The notes beneath the pieces are model-generated. The model worked only from the letters and a program-made list of their open reading frames with translations, did no database searches and had not been told where the DNA came from. DNA of 63,299 nt, counting the filler, from Octopus bimaculoides (Eukaryota): assembly GCF_001194135.2 (NCBI RefSeq). It is 7 parts of 6 records of this genome, joined end to end, with 100 filler letters (N's around TTAATTAATTAA, not from the genome) between each part and the next. Parts side by side here need not be neighbours in the genome. Positions count along the whole stretch, not along the records: positions 37,773 to 61,492 come from NC_068992.1; positions 61,593 to 63,299 come from NC_068985.1; 5 more parts are not named here. One strand, 5' to 3'. Of this stretch, positions 52,481-63,299 are shown one piece after another (within the stretch, counting starts at the first letter, position 1; each line of letters opens with the position of its first letter). The translations under genes and the position numbers were made by a program.

Positions 52481-53187
52481 ATATAAACATGAAATGCAAC
52501 ATTGATGCATTAAAGAATGTATGTTGAAAATGTGTACTTGAACATAGGAGTCCTCCAAGCTATTAGCATAAAATATTAAAAGTGAATGTCACGCTGAATA
52601 ATAAATAATTACCAAGACGATATAAAAATTTCACCTAAATAGTAAAAGTGTTTTCACTTCTACTACCTCGCGTGCTATGAAAGTCATGGGATACAGTGCA
52701 CGCATCATAATATAGGACGCTATAGAAGCTAAATGGTAAACTGAAAAGCCGCTGGTGATATGTTATGCAAAATCATGATATTAGTAGATTGTATTTGGAA
52801 GGCAATTATCTTGGAAACGTTTTCATGAGTTTTACAAATTGCGTTGTAAAGAGGGAAGGTTTTGTGTAAAATAATGAATCAGAAAGTAAAGGAAAAAAGC
52901 CGAAGACTGTGGAATAGGAAATACTAAATGTCAGAAGAGAAAATGAAGCAGAACAAGATAAAAGAGATAGAGATTTGTCGGGGGCCTGTGCAGTCAATGC
53001 GTCATTTAAGCAGAGGCAACTCTGTAAACCGTAAAGTGAATACCTTGAAAATAAAATTTAAAAAAACAATACACAAATCAACAAATTGTTAGGGCCATGA
53101 AATTACAAGAGCCAAAAGAAAGACAACACTGAACTCCAGATGTTTCAATAAATGTATCCTACCCATTGAACAAAATGATGGAAAGAG

Positions 53188-53228
<41 letters not shown>

Positions 53229-55097
53229 NNNNNNNNNNNNNNNNNNNNNNNNNNNNNNNNNNNNNNNNNNNNNNNNNNNNNNNNNNNNNNNNNNNNNNNN
53301 NNNNNNNNNNNNNNNNNNNNATATATATATATATATATATATATATAGCATGAATTTAAACGGCTTTGTCACGACAAGGAACATGACCATAATTTTAATG
53401 TTTAGAATCGGGAATTCGTTTGTGGATCCTGCTGAGGGTATGCTGTTCCGGACAAAACACAAATTAATACCCAGCGGTCAGACTTCCTAGGAAGGGTTAA
53501 ATTTGTCCATCAGCTCCATGAAATCATCAAAAACAACTAACCAAAACGACGAGGTATATTTCCAAATAACGCAATGTGGGGTACAAACATATCAGGCGTA
53601 AGTCGTACAAACATTGTATGAGGAACAGAAAAAAGCGACTTCTATGACCTGATGGGAATCACCCCTGAAGAGGGTTTTGTTGAATGATTTGCTTGATTGA
53701 TATATCTACTTCAACGTCCGTTTCGACATTGAGAATTAGATCATTTTAACAACAGACAAACTACCTCATTTAATTTGTGTGTAAATGTCTAACCATTTGA
53801 TAGGCATGCATTTCATTAAGCTAAATCTTAAACAGAATCAACGTGGCAAAAGATATAGCATGACCGACACTTCGAAATACAGGACATGTAACCCAATGAC
53901 TGCAATGCAGTGTCCCTTTTTTCAGTTTCACTCCAAAATTTTTGTACATCGTAGACAATGGTAACAACAAAATAACTATTGCAGAAGATCCCATACGTTT
54001 CGAACAAATAGAGGATGTCATAATTTCTAAGTGACCTTCTTAAATATACGTACCCCAACACATATGCACATATACATACATACACATACATACGCACGCA
54101 TACAATCCACAAACGCACACATGCACACACAGACACGCGCGCGCACACAGATGAACACACACACACACATAAAAATTGATGAAATGATGTAGAGATGGAG
54201 GTGGAGATTGAGGGAAAATGTATATACAAAAGCTGAAAATAGACTTATAGGTAAACGCAGATATGGAGAAAAACTAAACGCACATACTTTTATTCTCGAT
54301 AGAGTGTCAATTAGAGTTTATGTTATAAACAAAGTAAAGTCTGAAAATTTGTTTACAGTTTATAATAATCTATATATTAGTTTTCGATTGCCATTTTGCT
54401 GTAAGTTGAAATAAAGCGCTTTAAATCATACAGGAGGGAATTTTTGTAAGTTAGGTGAATGGTTTAAGGATGGTCTTTACGGTTCACCTCAGGATATCTT
54501 TATATGGGATAAACATTTTTGTAAATAAATACAGCCGAAATCATTTTTCAGCTTATCCTACAATCAATAAAATATATTTCATAAACGTACATATATGTGA
54601 ATTAAATATATTCCACCCTTCAAAATATATAAAAATAAACATCAATAACAAAAATTAATTTTAATAATGTTATGAATTTATAACAATGTTATTATCATTA
54701 TTATTAGTTAATCATCATAATTATAATCATCATTATATACCCTATGGCCTTCTGTTTAGTCTTGTAAATTACTTCGAATCTAATATTTTAAAGAAAATTA
54801 TTTTACACTAGTTTCAAATATTCTATATAACATAACTTGAAATTTTTTTGTGGTTTGTGTGTTTGTGTGTATGTATGTGTGTGAGTGTGTGGGTGGATGT
54901 GTATTTATATTTATATATATGCATATATATATTATATAGATATAAACGTATGTATATATATACATTTATATATGCATATATATATTAAATACATATATAC
55001 TCACATACACAAAAGCTCATACACTTCTAATATGTATATGGCTGTATCTACATCTATCTGAAACGAGTGTGTGTACACATACACATTCATATATATA

Positions 55098-55181
<84 letters not shown>

Positions 55182-56011
55182 CACACACAGAAATACAGGA
55201 AGGCACGGAAGACCACACCTTCACTTACATGCATGCATGCATACATACATTCATACATACATGCATACATAATACATACATACGTATATACATACATACA
55301 TACATACATACATAATACATACATATTTACATACTCAATACTATAAGTAAGAATACGCCTTGCTCCCAGCTATGTATTAAAATCTGTAAGAAGATTATGA
55401 ATTTAAACATCACGTAAGCTTTTCATTATTTTATCCCAAACACGGCGTATTGGATGTATGAAAATTGATAATTTTTCTGTAGCTGATTTATAATAGAAAA
55501 ATTATATTTCCTTTAATTTTAATATGTAACACGCTTTCTTTTTTTTTCTCTGTGTCGTCATGTCTTTCTGTCTATCCTACGCATTCGCACATATTCACCT
55601 GTCTCTGCTTTACTATACATTAGCATTAATGTGGCGACGCTGTGAATAGTTATACAATATATAAAATATGCTATATTAATTTTTGTAACTTTCAACTTGC
55701 AATGCAAACAATAATGTTTTTCTAGAAATATATTCATTCCAAATGGAAATGGTGTTACGAACTCTGATATTTTGTATCCTTATTTGTGTTATATCAAAGT
55801 AAGATACAGCTTCGCCTCTCAATAAAATGCATTGTCTTTATCGAATCGATAATGTATTGTCTTTATCGAGACTGGTCCCAAAAATAAAGGAAGATCAATG
55901 TCATAGACTGTGGCTAGTCGCTAGAAATCTTTATAATATTTGCATTTAAAAGCATTTAAGATATCCGTTAATAGCGAAATTAGTTCAGATTTTCTTCCTG
56001 TGTTCCTTTTT

Positions 56012-56143
56012 AACGTGGATATGCTGCAGAATGACAAAGAAACTGCTGAAAGTACAGAAGTGTATCAGTAGAAAACATCTGTACGAGATACTATCTGAAA
56101 ACGAATACTGTAGCACTGTGACTTTCAACAGTATATCCACGTT
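56012..56143. repeat. Short element bounded by terminal inverted repeats
   Basis: AACGTGGATATGCTG versus reverse complement of the right end AACGTGGATATACTG (14/15). Inner CTGCTGAAAGTACA versus CTGTTGAAAGTCACA. Confidence 0.6.
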
Positions 56144-56719
56144 CATAAGAATATAGCAAATGTCATAAAACTTATATTTGCATTATCTGTTTGATGGTAT
56201 ATTGATATAAATTTAAGTAGCAAAATAAATTTCGGACATGAATGAAACCTGTGGCATCGAATGCCTCATTCAGCGAATATCAGTGCTGCAAGGAATTTGA
56301 AGTCAAACACCAATTACCTATCATGTATGATATATTATTTCTTGGCTAGAAGCGTCTGTCTCTTTAAAAGACTGTACTGGTATATTTTCAATAATGCCTA
56401 AAATATGGAGGAAAGTAAAAATTGAAAATTTATTGATACCAGCAGCACAAGAAATAAACATAAAATAATTTCATCAATATATTAACTTTTAACTTATTTT
56501 AATTTCTATCTCAATTAACCTATGTAATATTTCACACTGAAAACGATTATTATATATGTAACATCCGCTTGTTTGTAGCATTTCGAAACTGCAGAGACCA
56601 AATGAAAGCTATTCATGTGTGTACGAGTGTATGCATGAGGCCGTGATTGTCCTTATTCTAATGTTTTACTACATGTGAGGAAATTTGCTGTGGGTACCAC
56701 TGGCCATCTTCTTTGATAC

Positions 56720-57078
56720 CGATGTGTGGAAAGAAGCTTGTTTTCAAACCACACGGTACCGGTTTCAGTCTTCTATAATTTCTCTATAGTTTCTGGCTAA
56801 CCAAAGCCCTGTCAGTAGATTCGATAGACGGAAACTGTAAGAAGTCGTCGTATACACATACACACACACATGTATATGCGTGTCTGTGTTTGTCCCTCCA
56901 TTTGACGACCAGTGTTGGTGTGTTTACATCCTTGTAACTTAGCGTTTTGGAAAAAAGAGATTGATGAAATAAGTATCAGGCTTCAAAAAGAAGCACTGGT
57001 GTAGATTCATTCAGCTAAAAAATGTTCAAGGTGTTGCCCCATTCTCGCCGCAGTCTAATGACCGAAACAAGTAAAAGA
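56720..57078 (+). mobile_element. tRNA-derived SINE (family C), diverged
   Basis: GATGTGTGGAAAGAAGCTTG...AACCACACGGTACCGGTTTCAGTC...GACCGAAACAAGTAAAAG. Confidence 0.8.
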
Positions 57079-57371
57079 TATAATTGTAACCAGTTCAAAT
57101 ACACTCGTAGCGTATTCGAACCCGCAAAAAGGCTTATGCTTTGAGTTTACTGCTGTGATAAAGTGTTCAATGGTTTGTTAAGTCTGCCATCTGGGTGTTT
57201 GTTATGCAACAGATGTTACGTCTGGATTACAGGATGCAGTGAAAATGTATGACTTTTTTCATAATAAAATGATGAAACAGCATAACAACCTACCATCGAT
57301 GGGATTCCATCTCTTGCAAAAGAAAGAATATTGGGAGACAAGGTATACTTTTGTTTTATTATTTTATTCTT

Positions 57372-57726
57372 TTCCTTGTTTCAGTCATTTGACTGCAGCC
57401 ATGCTGGAGCACCGCCTTAAAGTGTGCTAGTCGAAGAAATCGATCCAGGACTTATTGTTTCTAAGCTTAGCACTTATTCTATCTTTTGTCTTTTGCCAAA
57501 CCGCTATGTAACGAGGATGTAAACACACCAACATGAGTTGCCATAGCCACACATAAATATATACATACGACGGGCATCTTTCAGTTTCCGTCAACCAAAT
57601 CTACTCACAAGTGTGTGGTCGGCCCGAGGCTATAGTAGAAGACACTCGCCCAAGGTTCCACGCAGTGGGACTGAACCAGCAACCACGTGGTTGGGAAGCA
57701 AGCTTCTTACCACACAGCCACGCCTG
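57372..57726 (-). mobile_element. tRNA-derived SINE (family C)
   Basis: GTTTCAGTCATTTGACTGCAGCCATGCTGGAGCACCGCC...GCAGTGGGACTGAACC...TTACCACACAGCCACGCCTG. Confidence 0.9.
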
Positions 57727-57996
57727 AAAAATACCACAACAAATTTTGCATCTGTTTCCAGTTGTCTTAAAAATAAGAGCCAATGTGCGAAACATTCATC
57801 TTTGACGAAATGGAACATAAGCAAGTAAAAAAGAGAACCCATTTAACTGTAAGTTAAATTCGATTGTTCTAAATATGTTTCATAACATGTATTCAATGTT
57901 ATGGTGTTCCACGTTTAGAAAGACTTGTAATACATATTTTCAGCGGAGGAATTTTGTCTTTATCTTAATTTTCAAGGTTAAGATCCTGTACAAAAC

Positions 57997-58143
57997 AGGC
58001 GTGGATGTGTGGTAAGAAGCTTGCTTTCTAACCACATGGTACCGGGTTCAGTCCCACTAGATGGCACCTTGGACAAGTGTCTTCTACTATAGCCTTTTAT
58101 TATTGACTTGGAACGACCAAGAATAAGTCCTGGGGTCAATTTG
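57997..58143 (+). mobile_element. SINE (family C), internally deleted
   Basis: Head through CTACTATAGCC, then jumps to AAGAATAAGTCCTGGGGTCAATTTG. Confidence 0.85.
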
Positions 58144-58749
58144 GGAGCGTTTTGAAATGTGGGATACTATAAAATGTGGAAAAATCCAGGAAAAGAGAAT
58201 CACACAAAACAGAACCCCATAAATTCCTGTTTATGTAAGAGAGCTATTCCGAAAGTTGACAAATATTTAATTAAACATTGTTATTTTAATTAATGTATGA
58301 GTAAATGTATTCATAACGAACAGACTTCCGTGAAATCTATATTTAAAGCAAATGTATTCAGGCAAATTGTAAAGTTTGTTTTATTTTGAAAATTTATAAA
58401 ATTCATAAAATTATTTCAAACCAGTTTAAGTAACTGTAACTAACATAAATATTACATTTAACAGAAATAATTGCATTTTTCTTGACTTAGAACAAAAGCG
58501 AAAATACCAATGTTGGAAGAAATGAAGAATGACTTAGCTTTCTTCTATATCTCTTGTATCAAGAGAATAGTAGTACGAAATAAAATGCTTAATGAAAGTA
58601 ATCATTTTCCCTCTCTCTCTTTGTGTCTGTCTGTCTGTCTATTTGCCTCTTTCTCTCTTGCTCTTACTCTCCCTCTCTTTGTATGTATATATGAATATGT
58701 ATATGGATTTAAAGAAGAATATCATGATCGATAAGGTGAATCACAATGA

Positions 58750-59065
58750 CTTTTCGGTGCGTACAGTTTGTGGCAGACTATCCTTTTCTTTTGCTACACC
58801 AACTATTCTGCCTATACGTCACAGCTTCCAATGCCATGTATGCCATAAGATCTGCAAATGTAACGGAGACCTCAAAAGACATTTTAAGATCCACACAGAT
58901 CAGAACTTAACGGCAGCTCTTGGTGTTCCAAATCGGATATGCAATTTAAATGGGTGTATTTTCAAAACATTGTCTGGTTTAAAAAGCTACATCAGACGCA
59001 ATGATGATTCTAAGGTGTAAGCAGAAGAGGAGATCAGACTCTGGATAAGAAGTAAACTACCACCG
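58750..59065 (+). mobile_element. 3' end of a probable RTE-clade LINE encoding C-terminal C2H2-like zinc fingers, with (TATG)n tail
   Basis: CHVCHKICKCNGDLKRHFKIH fits C-x2-C-x12-H-x3-H (58832-58894). A degenerate second finger CNLNGCIFKTLSGLKSYIRRN is followed by a stop (59018-59020), about 45 bp of UTR and a microsatellite tail. No TGEKP linker. RTE assignment is from recall of RTE C-termini (CxxCGRxF...GLxSHxRxH). Confidence 0.6.
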
Positions 59066-59178
59066 TATGTATGTATGTATGTATGTATGTATGTATGTAT
59101 GTATGTATGTTTGTATGTATGTATGTATGCATGCACATACATATATGTATGCACNNNNNNNNNNATACATATATGTAT

Positions 59179-59225
<47 letters not shown>

Positions 59226-59456
59226 GTTCAAATTTACAGAAAACAAAAGACGAAGACAAATGCCCGAACAACATGCAAGTGTATTATTTTAACGCTCAGG
59301 CAAAATGGAAAAGTATTTTACGTTTCGAGACTGCGCTCTTCGATAGAAAGGATTAAGGTGTAAAATATAGAGAGAGACAGAAAAATATGTGCTGAGTTCA
59401 ACGGTTTAACAAGAAGGCGGAATGACTGGAACAAAAAAAGGTTGAATGAAAGGGAG

Positions 59457-59547
<91 letters not shown>

Positions 59548-59548
59548 T

Positions 59549-59712
59549 AACATACAGAAAATTGCACTACTGGGTACTGCACACATTCGACGCAAAATAT
59601 TTTCAATACAGTAAACATAAGAGCACCACAGCAAACCACAGCACATACCCAAGGCGCACAGAGCTGCGCTCAATAGTGAAGTAAAAGCACGTTATAAAAA
59701 TAAAACTACTGA
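59549..59712 (+). mobile_element. Very short 5'-truncated R4/Dong-type LINE end inside (TAA)n
   Basis: NIQKIALLGTAHIRRKIFSIQ* (stop 59612-59614), then about 100 bp of 3' UTR, with (TAA)n on both sides. Confidence 0.8.
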
Positions 59713-59714
59713 AC

Positions 59715-59757
<43 letters not shown>

Positions 59758-59780
59758 GTAATAATAATAATAATAATAAA

Positions 59781-60335
59781 TTCCCTGATGCAGTACCAGG
59801 CATTGACTCTCATGGCTTCTGATCTTAACTGATTGGAAGTTTTATCATGTATATTGTTTTGTCTTGGTATAAAAGATGGGCTACAGCAAATATTCTGCTT
59901 AATACCACAGATTTGCTTGTCAGTTGTTTGACCTTAACCTGTTGAGTATGTCCCTTGTTGGCTGACGATATGTGCATCTCTGATCATGAGCAGAAGTAGT
60001 GGGGGAGCATCATAGCCATGTGTTGAGAGGAATTGTTTGGGGTTTGAATAATTCACCTTTGGAAACATGGGTGTTTTGATCAACATCCTTAAACAACCCT
60101 TATTCAGGGACATTTTGAGTGGGATGGGCTTCTCGACCCGAAGAAAATTCTAATTCGGCCCCATCTTCGAGGTCATGCGCTGATTATCTTGATATGAGAT
60201 CACCATGTCGCGCATATATGGTTGTGCTGCATGTGCCTGGTGTATCCTTATAAGACGGGTAGTCATGACGGGTATAACGGGCTTCGTATATTTTACCACA
60301 GCGTCACTTTGATGGCATGCACTACTCTCTCACTC
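59781..60335 (+). mobile_element. ~555-bp interspersed repeat with (TAA)n on both flanks
   Basis: GC-richer block bounded by (TAA)n that I recall as an abundant octopus repeat; class not determinable here. Confidence 0.5.
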
Positions 60336-60388
<53 letters not shown>

Positions 60389-61368
60389 TAATAATAATAA
60401 TATTAATAATAGCAATAATAATAACGGTAATGGTGACCCGAACGAACTAAGGCGCAAGAATGTGTGTGTATGTGAGAATGGTGCGTTTAAGTGTGTATGT
60501 GTCAATGGGTGAGAGTGAGTCTAACGTGTGCCTTTAATCAATCATATTCATCAATATGTAATCAAGCATATTTTATCACCTTGTTTTTGCGCTGATTCGA
60601 ACTGTTTCAATGGAGTACAGCGCTTGCTAAATATAACGCTATTCTCTTTTCACAAGATACAAGCACTCCCATATACATAATACTCATACACACTCACACA
60701 CGCAGATACACACAAAATCTCACAAACGCTCACATACGTATGTATATATATATGTGAATGCGTGTGTTTATAAATGTCTATATTGTGTGTTCCTTTGTGC
60801 GTAAATAGATATAGGTGATCACTAAATTTATTTGTCTTTCATTGAGTGGTGATAACTTCACAAATAATGTAAACCACAGAAAAACAGAATAAAATAGACA
60901 AAACAAAAACAATATATTTATATATATATATATATATATATCTGAAAACGATAGAAAGAAAGATAACCGTAATATACTTTTTCTTCTACTTTGTTCATTT
61001 ACAACATAAAAATATAGAAAAAAAAATAGAGGTTCTGCTATCTAAGAGAACATTATGTTCATAAAGATCAAACAATGTCTGTTATTCTTACCGGCGTTGG
61101 ACAATATATTTAAAAATAAACGTTGATATGACATTGTCAGTTCCTCCACATTGGCATTTGTTCAGAGATAGAATGTACATAATAATATTACCAGATATGG
61201 TGGCAAATAAACTTAGTGCTTCTCTGTACACCATACGCAGATATAGAAAGTATACATCATGTGCCCATATAGAAACAAGAATTTGTAGTTATGTCTTTTA
61301 TGTGCATTTATATATAGATGTGTGTGTTTATGTGTGCGTGTGTGTGTGTATATATATGTATGTATATT

Positions 61369-61412
<44 letters not shown>

Positions 61413-61862
61413 CGTGTGTGTATGTGTATGTGTGTGTATGTGTGTGTGTGTGTGTCTGTGTGTGTGTGTGTGTGTGAGAAAGATTGTGTGTGNNNNNNNN
61501 NNNNNNNNNNNNNNNNNNNNNNNNNNNNNNNNNNNNTTAATTAATTAANNNNNNNNNNNNNNNNNNNNNNNNNNNNNNNNNNNNNNNNNNNNTGTGGCTC
61601 AGTGGCTTTGTAGAAGGAATTCGACTCAGACCTCCTATGTGAAGATAATCTCTCCCCTTTCTCTCACTAGCCACAAAAACTTGAAAGCTGAATGGTTATT
61701 AGTCGCACTCTTCCTACTGTGACTAAGACGTTAAAAAAGAGATCTTGAGTCAAATATATGTGTCATCTCATTCTAAACTATACATAACCGAAAATGTTGT
61801 AGCTTGTAGTGCAAGCGAAAGCAACGTTTGTTAATGTTTCATCTTTATTTCAATTTATAATC

Positions 61863-61906
<44 letters not shown>

Positions 61907-62165
61907 ACTGCATCGTTAAGACATAAGTTCTTATTATGGACGTATACCACTGAATACTCGAATGGTGATTCAGAATTCCATTCTAGCAGATTTTTGAAAT
62001 TATAATTTATATACAAGCAGTATATTCATAAGTTACATTATTACATCTAATCTATTCATTTACCGGGATGTCATTTAGTCACATTTTTCGTCATATTTCA
62101 CTTTGGTTCTCAATCAGGGAATTGTGAATATTGAGAGTAAATCTTTCACTGACTGTACAATAACA

Positions 62166-62219
<54 letters not shown>

Positions 62220-62504
62220 GTCTGTCTGTCTGTCTGTCTATGTGTCTGTCTACCTATCTATCTATGTCTGTCTATCTCTGTCTGTCTCTCCTCTCCCTCC
62301 TCTCCCCCTCTCTCTCTATATATATATACACATACATACCACATATATGTGTGTATGTATATGTGTGCGCGCGCGTGTGTCGCTCTCTTTATATACGCAT
62401 ACATATAGACATGCATGTATGTGTGTAAAGTGAGAGAAGAGAGAAACGTGGTAGAAAGAGAAAGTGAGAGAGAGAGAGAGAGAGTGAGAGAGAGAGAGAG
62501 ATAG

Positions 62505-62544
<40 letters not shown>

Positions 62545-63299
62545 TAAGAGAAAGAGAGAAATTTTTCATAATATCTCCAAAGAAAAATAAGATAGTCAGG
62601 AAGTTGGAAGATGGCAAGACAAAGAAAATCAGACTATGATATTAATATAAAGCAAAGCAATAGCATTCAAGACACTACTCTTATCGATGACAACAATTAT
62701 GCCGTTTCTTTACTAACCGCGTAATATATATGATCTTTCCAGTATGTGTCGTGTACTCAGGGGAAATTTATTCCGAACGTTCTTCTTGCCACTCGAAAAC
62801 ACCTTTACAAACAAGTTCGCTATTGATTTGTTTGTCGCTGTTATGTGCTTCTTGCTATATCCGTATAGGTTTTTGTTGATCTGTTATTATTTGCCTTCTT
62901 TTCTTCTTCTTCTTCATTTTACATCGAGAATTCAAAAGCAATTGATCTTAACCCTATTGTTGTGTTATTTTTTTAATATTCGCTCAAGATTCTTAAGAAG
63001 ATTATTAGTATGTGGTCTATCTATCTATCTATCTATCTATCTACCTACCTACCTGCTTACTTATCTATTTATCTGCCTGTCTGTCTGTGTGTCAGTCTAT
63101 CTGTCCGTCTGTCTAACTAGGTATCTGCAGTGTTAGATTTACACCAATCAGACTAAACACAGAGCAAATTAACCAAAGCACACACAATGCCACAAAAACA
63201 TATACATAAGTATGAATATACACAGTGAGCCTCCTTCACATACATGTGCACAGAAAACAAAACACATAAGGTTACTTATGTGTGTGTGTATATATATAT

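Overview
AT-rich, microsatellite-saturated eukaryotic DNA with about 6.5 kb of N gaps. The SINE/LINE repertoire and the repeat load point to an octopus (coleoid cephalopod) short-read assembly; this is inference from recalled repeat families, not a database hit. I recognise no intact host protein-coding gene, tRNA, rRNA or CRISPR array. Almost all long entries in the ORF track are microsatellite or N-gap artefacts. The window is a transposon graveyard. It holds about 20 tRNA-derived SINE copies of three families (my labels A, B, C), several R4/Dong-type LINE fragments tied to (TAA)n tracts, a Penelope-like element, RTE-type LINE ends, two mariner 5' ends, two Tc1-type transposase remnants and a Merlin/IS1595-like remnant. 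Best leads: (1) a ~1 kb imperfect palindrome at 18659-19639; (2) a Tc1-like transposase with DD36E spacing; (3) a possible decayed hammerhead ribozyme in the Penelope leader; (4) a domain-scrambled R4/Dong cluster; (5) close inverted SINE pairs that could form dsRNA (ADAR substrates); (6) a speculative chain of short frame-compatible + strand exons. I cannot support a claim of a wholly new biological system from sequence alone.
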